Assembly (NCBI GenBank): GCA_963761305.1 | Contig: CAVXGK010000002.1 | Span: 2,304,001 to 2,368,000 of the forward strand | Direction: 5' to 3' | DNA length: 64,000 nt | Source of the DNA: an uncultured Gemmatimonadaceae bacterium | Lineage (GTDB): Bacteria; Gemmatimonadota; Gemmatimonadetes; Gemmatimonadales; Gemmatimonadaceae | Shown: piece by piece, positions 7,778 to 16,682 of the stretch | Layout: the number at the start of each line of letters is the position of its first letter | Numbering within the stretch: the first letter of the stretch is position 1 | The notes under the pieces: model-generated | The model's input: the letters and a program-made list of their open reading frames with translations, nothing else | Databases searched by the model: none | Told to the model about the DNA's origin: nothing | Program-made: the position numbers and the translations under genes

Positions 7778-9751
7778 TCAGAAGCCGTACGGGTCGTCGG
7801 CCGGCGCCGAGCGAATCGCCGCGGCCGGTTGTCGGTCCGGGGATGCGGGCTGTGCCGACACGATGGGCTTGAGCTGCGACTGGAAGAACTTCTTCACGTC
7901 GGCGGGCCGTTCGCGCATCGTGGCGTTCTTCGCCCGAATCACTTCCTCGTCGTCGCGAATGCCGATCGCGTCGCGGACCCAGTTCAGCGTGATCGACGGA
8001 TCGAGCGAACGCAGGTTGCGCAGCACGGCGGCGTCGAGATCCACGTCGACCGACTGGGGATACTTCTCGATTCCGTCGCGCCCGCGCATGATCGCCGGCC
8101 GCGGGAACCGCACGAAAATCGGCTGCGTGAAATGCGGATGCCGCACCATCAGCTGCCCCTTCTCCAACGTGGCGAGCTTCGTCTTCACGGCTTGACTCAG
8201 CACGGCGTAGCCAGGCGTCGCCAGCTCGTCGGCGTCCATGCGGCCGAACAGCGCCGTCCCGGAATTCCCCACGACGCGACGGTGCACTTGCGAACGGAAC
8301 TGTTGCGCGCCGAACAGCACGAGGCCGAGGTACCGGCCGCGTTCCGCGAGATCGAGCAGCATCTTCCGTACATAGGTGTCTTGTCCATCGTTCGGCGCGT
8401 ACTTGTTCAGCTCGTCGACGAACACGATGACGTGGTTCACGCCGAGGTCGCGCTTCTCGAGGTGCTCCCGAAGGCGAGTCACGACGCGCGCGAAGATCAA
8501 GTCCTGCGCGTCTTCCTCGAGGGAGGCGACGTCGATCACGTACACCGTGCGGTCCTGAAAGCTCCCGAACGGCAAGTCGCTGACCGTTCCGGCATCGGTG
8601 ACTAGTCCGGCGCACCGGGTCGAAATATTGGTAAGCCGGTTCCGAACCTTGCGAATCGTCGCCACATGGTGCGTTCGCCACCCCTCGTTGCCCTTGTTCT
8701 CCATCGCCGACAGCAGGTCGCGGAACCACATCTCGAGATCGGCGAACGAGCGGACGAGGTAGCGCTTGTTGCCGAGCAGCGGATCGGCGAAATCGCGATC
8801 GACGATCCGCTCGCGAATGAAATCGATCAGCGCGTCGGCCTTGGCGTCGACGTCGTCCTTGTTGAGCAGCACTTCGGCGTATTGCAGCACCTCGCGCAGT
8901 CCCCATGTGAGCGGCGTCACATTGTGCGTCAGCTCGTCGTTGGACCGCAGCGTGTTGAGCGAGAAGCCGTCGGACTTGAACGGCGCGAAATACTGGACGT
9001 TCTCGAACGGCGTCGCCGGCACGCCGCATTTCTCGTACAGGGCAGCGTCGCGCTCGTCGATCGGACCCGGCTGGTCGAGAAAGCACAGGTCCGGCCCTTT
9101 CACGTTGAAGCACACGGCCGCGATCGAGCCCTTCTGCTCGGGGAAATGCGTGAAGATCGAGCCCATGATCCACTCGATCGCGCTCGTCTTCGTCGCGAGA
9201 CCGGACACGCCGGTGATGTTGAGATGCGCCGCCTCCGGCCCGATCAGAAAATCGGCGTCGAGATAGATCGGTGCGTCCGTGCCGCCGGCGTGGTACACAC
9301 CGATCGGAATGCCGGTGCGCGCGCCGTCGCGGAGATACGCGTCCATGCGCAGCGCCACTTCGACATCGTCGTCGCCGGCGAGAAACACCTGCCCCATCCC
9401 CACCGGTTGCAACGGTTCTTCGGGGACCTGTCGGAGCACCGCCGCCGTGTACAACCGGATCTCCGCTCGGCGTGTGGCGGCGAGCGATGCCGACGTCGGC
9501 GCGCCGTCGTGGCCGAGGACGTCGTGCAGCGGCGTGGCGAGATCGGTGTAGCTCAGCCCTTCGACGACGACGCCGTAGATCTGCGGAATCTGGCCGTTCA
9601 CTGGCGCGTCGCCTTCGACGCGCACGATCGTCCCGATGCCGACCGGCGAATCGAGCGCCGTCCAGAAATGGAATTCGTGCGGCGTGTTCGGCTTGCGTTC
9701 AGTCGCGACCACGCGACCGAGTGGGGAAGACGTTGATTCGTTGGCCGTCAC
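7778..9751 (-). CDS. herA: HerA-like ATPase/translocase (N-terminal HAS-barrel-like region plus FtsK/HerA ATPase)
   Basis: Walker A variant HLNITGVSGLATKTS, FNVKGPD, Walker B IVFVDELNKYAP, ERGRYLG arginine-finger region, GAQQ. Confidence 0.85.
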   Translation of the reverse strand: MTANESTSSPLGRVVATERKPNTPHEFHFWTALDSPVGIGTIVRVEGDAPVNGQIPQIYGVVVEGLSYTDLATPLHDVLGHDGAPTSASLAATRRAEIRLYTAAVLRQVPEEPLQPVGMGQVFLAGDDDVEVALRMDAYLRDGARTGIPIGVYHAGGTDAPIYLDADFLIGPEAAHLNITGVSGLATKTSAIEWIMGSIFTHFPEQKGSIAAVCFNVKGPDLCFLDQPGPIDERDAALYEKCGVPATPFENVQYFAPFKSDGFSLNTLRSNDELTHNVTPLTWGLREVLQYAEVLLNKDDVDAKADALIDFIRERIVDRDFADPLLGNKRYLVRSFADLEMWFRDLLSAMENKGNEGWRTHHVATIRKVRNRLTNISTRCAGLVTDAGTVSDLPFGSFQDRTVYVIDVASLEEDAQDLIFARVVTRLREHLEKRDLGVNHVIVFVDELNKYAPNDGQDTYVRKMLLDLAERGRYLGLVLFGAQQFRSQVHRRVVGNSGTALFGRMDADELATPGYAVLSQAVKTKLATLEKGQLMVRHPHFTQPIFVRFPRPAIMRGRDGIEKYPQSVDVDLDAAVLRNLRSLDPSITLNWVRDAIGIRDDEEVIRAKNATMRERPADVKKFFQSQLKPIVSAQPASPDRQPAAAIRSAPADDPYGF

Positions 9752-10749
9752 GTCACCGCTCGCAGAAACTCTTCACAGTCGCGAACTCCGTAGACCATCT
9801 TGTCCCAGCGCGCGTCCGGCAGCGCGACCGGCGACGCCTCGGCGAGAATCCACCGGGAAACTTCGTCGGCGCGCGCACCGATGTCATCCTCACGCGCTTT
9901 GTCGCGCGGCGACACCTCCACGCGAACCAGACCCCACATCGGATCGTGGCCGGCGCGGTCCCGGAGCCGAAGATACCAGCTCGCCACGGGCGCGCGTTTC
10001 TCCGGCGAGATGGAAAAGACGCTCGTGCGCTCACCTGCCTCGAGGCCGAGCGCGACTCTGAGCGCGTCGCCCTGCACGTACAACGTGCGATGGCTCTTCA
10101 CGACGCCGATCGCGCAGGCCGACCGGGCGATCGGCTGCGCCGCGCTGATGCCGCCGTCGATCAGCAGCGGCCGCGTTTCAGACGCGCACCATTCCTTCGC
10201 CAGCGCATGCTCGAGCGACTCGCGGTCGTTTCGCACAAGGTTCCGCGCCAGCTCGCGCAGGGCGATGGGATGCTCGGTCGCGTCGGCCACGCCATCCGTC
10301 GTGTCGCGCGCGCGGACGCCGCTCGCGTCGAGCGCCCGCCGGTCCGATGCGCTCAGGAATCGCGTGGGAACGTAGATGCGCTGATCGACGGCGTGCTTCC
10401 ACGTGAACATCCGCCGATCTCGGCGCTCGCGAATGACTGCCCCGATGATCCCCGCCACGATCGGCACGCCGCCCGCACGGTACATCTTCACCGCGCTCTC
10501 TTGACGCCCGTCGAGAAACGCGGCAAACGCTACCTCCGGCGAGCCCGTTACCGCGATCGCGCGCACCTCGCGCCCCTCGATCACCGTCGCCTGCGCGAGC
10601 CTGGGCGGGTCCGACGCCTCGGCCGTGAACTCGAGCGGCGCTTCACCTTCGACGGGTTCGCCATCGGGAAAGATCGTCGCCAGCCACCGGCCGATCGTGT
10701 GGTCCGGACGCACGGAGGGCGGCTCCGTGGTCACGCCGGTGCTCGTCAC
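9748..10749 (-). CDS. nurA: NurA-like nuclease, 333 aa
   Basis: AFLDG, LLIDGG, IGVVKSH, SWYLRLR, GLVRVE motifs; GTGA overlaps with both neighbours; immediately upstream of herA. Confidence 0.75.
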   Translation of the reverse strand: MTSTGVTTEPPSVRPDHTIGRWLATIFPDGEPVEGEAPLEFTAEASDPPRLAQATVIEGREVRAIAVTGSPEVAFAAFLDGRQESAVKMYRAGGVPIVAGIIGAVIRERRDRRMFTWKHAVDQRIYVPTRFLSASDRRALDASGVRARDTTDGVADATEHPIALRELARNLVRNDRESLEHALAKEWCASETRPLLIDGGISAAQPIARSACAIGVVKSHRTLYVQGDALRVALGLEAGERTSVFSISPEKRAPVASWYLRLRDRAGHDPMWGLVRVEVSPRDKAREDDIGARADEVSRWILAEASPVALPDARWDKMVYGVRDCEEFLRAVT

Positions 10750-11507
10750 GAACCCACCCGACCCGCGAGCACGATCACCGGCCACACGATCCGCCGCGGC
10801 GTCTCCTCGGGCCACAGCGCGCGCAGCTCCGCTTCGGCACCGAGCACCGGATCGGTTCCAACTGCTTTGATGTAACGCGCGGTCGCCGACATGCTCCGCA
10901 TGTAGCCCACGATCTGCGGCAGCGTCCAGTCGTTCTCCAACGAAAACGGCGGCGCGGCGATTCGCTCGAAGGGAAACGGAATGGTGCGGTACTCGGTGTC
11001 GACGTACTTCCGCTCCGGCGGCCAGTATGGACCCACGTCGCCGTACATGTACCTGTGCAGCACCGCGCCGACGTCGCCGTCCATGCTCGGCGCCGCGTAC
11101 GTCCACGCGACGATCGGCGCGTCCGGTCCGCTTGCGACGCGCCGGACCTCCGAGAAAAAGGCGTCGTTCGCGAACCAGTGCAGCGCTTGCGCGACGGCCA
11201 CCGCGTCGATCGACCTCGAGCGGATCGCCGTTCGCTCGGCGGAGCAGGCAGCCCAACCGGTTCGCGACTCCTTCGGCGCCCGGGCAATCTGTTCGGCGCT
11301 GAGATCGGTGCCGACCACGAACTCGAAATGGCGCGCGATGTCGCTCGTCGCCTGGCCGGATCCGGCGCCGCAGTCCCACGCCACTCGCCGACGCGGCGCG
11401 ACGGACGCGAAGAACTCCACGAGCGCGGCCGGGTAGCGCGGGCGAAACGCGGAGTACGCTGCGGAAACTGACGAGAAGTGGTCGGCCGGAGGGCTCGCGC
11501 CGCTCAC
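10746..11507 (-). CDS. Class I SAM-dependent methyltransferase
   Basis: DHFS..Y..FRPRYP, AWDCGAGSGQ, AQALHWF. GTG at 11507 overlaps the upstream stop. Confidence 0.9.
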   Translation of the reverse strand: MSGASPPADHFSSVSAAYSAFRPRYPAALVEFFASVAPRRRVAWDCGAGSGQATSDIARHFEFVVGTDLSAEQIARAPKESRTGWAACSAERTAIRSRSIDAVAVAQALHWFANDAFFSEVRRVASGPDAPIVAWTYAAPSMDGDVGAVLHRYMYGDVGPYWPPERKYVDTEYRTIPFPFERIAAPPFSLENDWTLPQIVGYMRSMSATARYIKAVGTDPVLGAEAELRALWPEETPRRIVWPVIVLAGRVGS

Positions 11508-12133
11508 CGCACGACCGCGACCGCGACGCCGTCGTGCGTCGGGACGATGATGCCGAGCACGCGCGGATCGCTCGCCAGGCGGCGATTGAACTCGCGCACG
11601 GCACGCGTCCGGTCGTCGGTCTCGTCCTGCTCGTACACGCGACCGCCCCACAGGGCGTTGTCGGCGATGATCAACCCGCCCGGCCGCACGAGTCGCAGCG
11701 CCCAGTCGAGATACGTCGGCAGCGGCTCCTTGTCGGCGTCGAGGAAAATCGCGTCGTACCGCTCGCCGTCGAGCGACGGCAGCACGTCGAGCGCGCGGCC
11801 GACCTTCACTTCGATGCGATCCGACATTCCCGCGCGTTCGATGTATCGGCGCGCGAACTCGGCGTGCTTGCTCTCGATCTCGATCGTGAGCAAACGTCCC
11901 CCCGGTGGCAGCGACCGCGCCATGCAGATGGCCGAGTAGCCGCCGAGCGTTCCGACCTCGAGTACACGTCGCGCGCCGATCGACGTCAGCAGAACTTGCA
12001 GCAGACGTCCTTCGTCGGCCGAGATCGCGATCGGTGGAAGGCCGGTGCGGTCGGCCTCCTCACGCAGCGCGGCGAGAAGCTCGTCCTCGGCGCTGAACAA
12101 CCCAGCGATGTAGTCTCCGGCGCGATCTGACAT
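11504..12133 (-). CDS. O-methyltransferase (caffeoyl-CoA OMT-like family)
   Basis: VLEVGTLGGYS, FLDADK, IADNALWGG. Confidence 0.92.
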   Translation of the reverse strand: MSDRAGDYIAGLFSAEDELLAALREEADRTGLPPIAISADEGRLLQVLLTSIGARRVLEVGTLGGYSAICMARSLPPGGRLLTIEIESKHAEFARRYIERAGMSDRIEVKVGRALDVLPSLDGERYDAIFLDADKEPLPTYLDWALRLVRPGGLIIADNALWGGRVYEQDETDDRTRAVREFNRRLASDPRVLGIIVPTHDGVAVAVVR

Positions 12134-12155
12134 CGTAGCGATAGTGAGTCGTCGT

Positions 12156-12434
12156 CTATTCGACGCCGATATCCCAGGCTTGCTGCAAATCCTTTCGCGA
12201 GTACGCGCGAAACGCCGTGAGCGTCTGCGTGCGTTGAATTCCCGGGACGGTTGGGAACACCTCCGTCACGACGTGCGCGATCTGGTCGTATTGCGGCACG
12301 CGCACGATCGCCACGAGATCCCAGTCGCCCGACACCGAGTACACCTCGGTCACACCGTCGACGCCGGCGAGCATGTTCGCCGCCGTCGGAATGAGCGTCG
12401 GGTCGACGCGAATCAGGACGATCGTTGTGATCAC
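12156..12434 (-). CDS. Stand-alone Lrp/AsnC ligand-binding (RAM) domain protein
   Basis: 92 aa from GTG 12434: GVTEVYSVSGDWDL..., GIQRTQTL; no HTH. Confidence 0.85.
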   Translation of the reverse strand: MITTIVLIRVDPTLIPTAANMLAGVDGVTEVYSVSGDWDLVAIVRVPQYDQIAHVVTEVFPTVPGIQRTQTLTAFRAYSRKDLQQAWDIGVE

Positions 12435-12943
12435 GGTTCGACGGCCGGCGGAGGACAGGGAGGTACGTTGAGCAGCCAGAGACCGGAGATGCGATTCTTG
12501 TCGTCCACGTCGAACAAGAGATCTCGCGCGACGCGAACCGTGCGCGCGCCACGCGGCGCGCCGAGCCGGAAGTGGAAATTCGTCTGACTGGGGTCGGCTT
12601 CCGCGATCAGGTGCGTATCGACTTCCACCGACGCGACGTCGGCCTTCGTCTTGCTCACCGGCACCATGACCTGCACGTCCTCGATGTGCGACGGCAACGC
12701 CAGCGCCGGCAGCCTTCGCACGTCCGGCCACACGGCCACCTCGACACCCGCAATGCGACCCGCGGCGACGTCGAGGATGACCCACGAGCCGTCGGTTCCT
12801 TCGAGCCCTACCGATCCGGACAACCCGTCGCCCGACGCGCGCGGCGTCAACTGCGCCGACAGAATGTCGGTGTCGGGATCCCAGGTGTATTCCACGTCCG
12901 CCGGCAACGCGTCGGCAGGCTGAATGTGTACGTCAACCTTCAC
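12431..12943 (-). CDS. Hypothetical protein with two DUF2283-like halves
   Basis: GGAGG 8 nt before GTG 12943; YTWDPDTDILSAQL...LDVAAGRIAGVEV and ...LFDVDDKNRISGLWL. Confidence 0.6.
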   Translation of the reverse strand: MKVDVHIQPADALPADVEYTWDPDTDILSAQLTPRASGDGLSGSVGLEGTDGSWVILDVAAGRIAGVEVAVWPDVRRLPALALPSHIEDVQVMVPVSKTKADVASVEVDTHLIAEADPSQTNFHFRLGAPRGARTVRVARDLLFDVDDKNRISGLWLLNVPPCPPPAVEP

Positions 12944-13087
12944 GTCCTTCTCCTCCATGTGGGTCGAGTGCGAATCTCGCATCCCGCGCGGCGTAGAGCA
13001 GGTCCGAATTCGCGCGCACGCGATCACGGCCTTGCAGCGTCTCCCGCCCTGCCCCGCCCGGTGTCTCGGACGGCCCGTCCCTCGCGG

Positions 13088-14272
13088 CTAAGATATACCC
13101 GCGGCAACGATTCGACGAACCCCCTCGAGCACGTCAGCGGCCGGAGCCGCGAACGAAACACGAATCCATTCCGGCGCGCGGAACGCCGCTCCTGCAACGA
13201 CCGCTACGTCGTGCGCGTCGAGCAACCGCTCAGCCGCGCGCGTTCCCGGTTCGGGATTGTCGGGTGAAGCCTGACCCGCCCGGACGAACAGATAGAACGC
13301 CCCCTCCGGTTCGAGCACTTCGAGGCCACCCTTCCGAAGGATATTGAGTGCACCATCGCGGCGGCGTCTCAACTCGGCAACCATCTCGCTCAAAGCGGAG
13401 CGATATGCGTCGACATTCGAGAGTGCCGAGAGCGCGGCGTGTTGCGAGATCGTCGTCGCGTTCGACGTCGTGTGCGATTGCAGTGCCGCCACCGAACGCG
13501 CGAGCTCTGCCGGACCGATCGACCATCCGATGCGCCAGCCCGGCATCGCCATCGACTTCGCTAACCCGTCCACCACGACGAGCCGTCCCGACGCCGGCGC
13601 GGCTGACAACAACGACGCCGCCTCGCCGTCGTAGCAGATGCCACGGTAGATCTCGTCGCTCAGAATCCACCACCCGGCCTCGCTCGCGAACGCCGAGATC
13701 TCTTCCAGCTCAGCGCGCGAGTAGACCGCGCCCGTGGGATTGCTCGGCGAGTTCAGCACGAGGCCGCGCGTCTTCGCCGTTCCGGCGCGCGCCAGGTCCG
13801 ACGCCGAGATCTTGAAGCTCCGCTCGCGCGAGCCGCTCAGCGGCACCGCCTTGGCGCGCGCGATCGTGAGCATTTCGTAATAGCTGGTCCAGCCCGGCGT
13901 CGGCACCAGCACTTCGTCGCCTTCGCCGAACAGCGCAAAACAGGTGTTGAACAGCGCCTGCTTCGTTCCCGCCGAAACGACGACATTGCTCGAATCCCAC
14001 GGCGTGGCGCCGTGCTCGCGGCACGCCTGCTCCGCGATGACCGCCCGCAGCGGCTCGATCCCGGCCACGGGCGTGTACCGCGTCGCGCCCTCGTCGAGCG
14101 CCCGGTGCGCCGCCTCGATCACGAACGCGGGCGTCGGGAAGTCCGGCTCTCCGGCGCCGAGGTCGATGATCGGCCGGCCCTCCGCCCGAAGTCGCTTGGC
14201 GCGCGCCGACGCCGCGATCGTGGCGGACTCGCGAAGCCGGTCGATGTTGGACGACGGGGTGTAGTTCGTCAC
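13088..14272 (-). CDS. PLP-dependent class I/II aminotransferase (aspartate aminotransferase-like)
   Basis: LGAGEPDF, NSPSNPTG, SDEIY, GLAKSMAMPGWRIG. Confidence 0.92.
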   Translation of the reverse strand: MTNYTPSSNIDRLRESATIAASARAKRLRAEGRPIIDLGAGEPDFPTPAFVIEAAHRALDEGATRYTPVAGIEPLRAVIAEQACREHGATPWDSSNVVVSAGTKQALFNTCFALFGEGDEVLVPTPGWTSYYEMLTIARAKAVPLSGSRERSFKISASDLARAGTAKTRGLVLNSPSNPTGAVYSRAELEEISAFASEAGWWILSDEIYRGICYDGEAASLLSAAPASGRLVVVDGLAKSMAMPGWRIGWSIGPAELARSVAALQSHTTSNATTISQHAALSALSNVDAYRSALSEMVAELRRRRDGALNILRKGGLEVLEPEGAFYLFVRAGQASPDNPEPGTRAAERLLDAHDVAVVAGAAFRAPEWIRVSFAAPAADVLEGVRRIVAAGIS

Positions 14273-14344
14273 GCGTCAGCCCATTGAGCTATCATTCTTC
14301 CCCCCTGCACGTTCCGCCGCCGGCCGTCCCCAACTCGAGTCGAA

Positions 14345-16012
14345 ATGTCGTCCGACGAACACGAGCTTCCACCAGTTTCCCGCGGCCAAAACGCGCTCCT
14401 CGTCCTGCCCCACGACTGGGCGTCGATCGCCGAGTTTCTGGCGCCATTGATCGAACGCGTCGATCCCGAATCTCCGGACGTCCAGGTCGTCATCGCAACC
14501 GCCGACGCCGAGGTCGCCGCAGCGGTCATCGCGGCAAGCGCCCGGCTCGTCGGCGATCGTCCGATCGGCGTGCTGGCTGCGACGTCGTCCGCACGCGCGG
14601 CGCGACTCGTCAAAATCCGGCCGCCGCACATCGTAGCCGGCACACCGAGCACGCTCGTTGGTCTCCTGCGCGCCAGCGCGATCAAGCTCGACGCTGTCCG
14701 CGCGATGTGCATCGCGTGGGCCGACGAGCTCCTCGCGCGCGATGAATCCGCGTCGTTGGAAACGCTGATGGCCGAGGTCCCGAAGGACGCGCCGCGCATG
14801 ATCGTGACATCCGTCGCCACTCCCGCCGTGGATGAGTTGGTCGAACGATACGCGCGGCGCGCGCGTCGGGAAGTCGCGCGCGCGCTGGAGGGGCGCGAAC
14901 CCATCGGTCTGGAGTACGTGCTCTCGTCGATGACCGCTCGCCCCACCACGCTGCGGCGCCTGCTGGACGAAATCGACCCGTCGTCAGCGCTGGTCTTCGC
15001 GCGCGAGGCCGATAGCCGGGTGAGTGTGCGCGATCAGCTCCGCGTGCTCGGCTACGGCGACGAGGGCGACGTGCGTTGCGGCGTGGCCGCGCCGCCCGAG
15101 ACGGCCCTCACCGTCTTGTACGACCTACCAGCGACCCACGAGGAGTTGCGCGAGGCGGTGTCCGGTGCACGCCGAGCGATCGCGCTCGTTCGCCCGCGCC
15201 AACTCGAGAGCCTTCGTGCGCTGGCACTCGGCGGCGCGCTCAAACCGCACGTCTTGCCTGAAGCGGTTGCGGCGTCGCGCGCTCGCGACGCGAGCATTCT
15301 CGCTCAACTGCGTCGGATCCTCGATAGCGGGGCCGCGTCGCGCGAGCTGCTGTCGATCGAGCCTCTGCTCGAGGATTTCGATGGTGCCGAAGTGGCGGCG
15401 GCGGCGCTCAAGCTGCTCGAGCAGGAGCGAGCCGCACAACAGGCGCGCGCTGTGGAACAGGAGAAGGTCGCGAGCCGCGAGGGCACATACGCCGAGCGAT
15501 CGCCCGCCGCGCCGCGCGAGTCCTCCGGGCCCATGGTCAGCCTGTTCGCGAGCGTCGGCGCGCGCGAGGGCGTGCGGCCGGCGGATCTCGTCGGCATGAT
15601 CACGAGCAAGGCGGGCGTGGCCGGCAGCGACGTGGGTCGCGTCGACATCCGCGAGTCGCACTCCACGATCGAGGTCGCGAGCGGGCTCGCCGATCAGATC
15701 ATCGACCGCGCGTCGGGCACGATCGTGAAAGGACGCCGCGCGCTGCTCAAGCGCGACGAAAAACCCGCGCGGCGCGATTCGCGCGACGAGAGACCTGGCC
15801 ATCGCGGACCACGAGAGGAGCGCCCGTTCAGGCGCGGATCGGGAGACGACCGCCCGTTCGGGCGCGGGTCACGGGACGACCGTCCGCCTCGGCGCGATGG
15901 AGCCCGCCGAGAAGGCCGGCCAGCCGGGCCGCCGCGCCATCGGTCGGGCGACCGACCGGCTGACGATCGCCCCCGCGGCCCGCGCGGCCCGCGCTCCTCA
16001 CCTCGCGCGTGA
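14345..16012 (+). CDS. Degenerate DEAD-box (DeaD/CsdA-like) protein with DbpA RNA-binding domain and R/D/G-rich tail
   Basis: Helicase-like layout with catalytic motifs replaced; [18 protein letters not shown]...[15 protein letters not shown]bpA-RBD pattern. Confidence 0.75.
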   Translation: MSSDEHELPPVSRGQNALLVLPHDWASIAEFLAPLIERVDPESPDVQVVIATADAEVAAAVIAASARLVGDRPIGVLAATSSARAARLVKIRPPHIVAGTPSTLVGLLRASAIKLDAVRAMCIAWADELLARDESASLETLMAEVPKDAPRMIVTSVATPAVDELVERYARRARREVARALEGREPIGLEYVLSSMTARPTTLRRLLDEIDPSSALVFAREADSRVSVRDQLRVLGYGDEGDVRCGVAAPPETALTVLYDLPATHEELREAVSGARRAIALVRPRQLESLRALALGGALKPHVLPEAVAASRARDASILAQLRRILDSGAASRELLSIEPLLEDFDGAEVAAAALKLLEQERAAQQARAVEQEKVASREGTYAERSPAAPRESSGPMVSLFASVGAREGVRPADLVGMITSKAGVAGSDVGRVDIRESHSTIEVASGLADQIIDRASGTIVKGRRALLKRDEKPARRDSRDERPGHRGPREERPFRRGSGDDRPFGRGSRDDRPPRRDGARREGRPAGPPRHRSGDRPADDRPRGPRGPRSSPRA

Positions 16013-16629
16013 TCTCCGACGGGTCGTTCGCCAGCGGCCGCGCCGGATGGATCGAAGTAATCTGCGGCGTCATGTTCAGCGGCAAGAGCGAGGAGCTCAT
16101 CCGCCGCGTGCGGCGCGCGATCATCGCCAGGAAGAGAATCCAGGTCTTCAAGTCGCACCTCGACGAGCGATACTCCGGCATCTATCAGGTGTCGAGCCAC
16201 GATGGCCGCACCGTGAACGCCGAGCCGGTGGACACCACCGAGCAGATCGCACGCATGGTGCTGCCGGACACGCAGGTCGTGGCGATCGACGAGGCGCAGT
16301 TTCTCGATGCCGGGATCGTCGACCTCGTGACTTCGCTCGCCAATCGCGGAATACGCGTGATCGTCGCCGGCACGGACACTGACTTCCGGGGCGAGCCGTT
16401 CGGCGCCATGCCGCAGCTGCTCTCCGTCGCCGAGGTGGTGGACAAGCTGCACGCGATCTGCGTGGTGTGCGGCAATCCCGCGAGCCGCAATCAACGCCTC
16501 ATCGCCGGGACGCCCGCGCGCTACGATTCGCCGACCATCATGGTCGGTAGCACGGAGTCGTACGAGGCGCGCTGCCGCGCGTGTCATTCGGTGCCGCGAC
16601 GCGACGAAGATCAGGGGCGGCTGCTATAA
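16009..16629 (+). CDS. tdk: Thymidine kinase
   Basis: [21 protein letters not shown] and YEARCRAC zinc motifs. Confidence 0.95.
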   Translation: MISDGSFASGRAGWIEVICGVMFSGKSEELIRRVRRAIIARKRIQVFKSHLDERYSGIYQVSSHDGRTVNAEPVDTTEQIARMVLPDTQVVAIDEAQFLDAGIVDLVTSLANRGIRVIVAGTDTDFRGEPFGAMPQLLSVAEVVDKLHAICVVCGNPASRNQRLIAGTPARYDSPTIMVGSTESYEARCRACHSVPRRDEDQGRLL

Positions 16630-16644
16630 CAGCCGCCCCTGATC
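16609..16644. terminator. 15-bp perfect hairpin at the tdk / pilX convergence
   Basis: GATCAGGGGCGGCTG-ctataa-CAGCCGCCCCTGATC; the loop contains the tdk stop; no U-tract. Confidence 0.55.
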
Positions 16645-16682
16645 ACCATCGTCCTGCATGCTACGCTCGTCGCGGTCGGTGC

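Noticed and set aside
7778..10749. HerA-based anti-phage system (Sir2-HerA/Nezha-like)
   Set aside because: The partner is NurA-like, the locus continues into mre11-rad50, and the context is housekeeping with no mobility genes.
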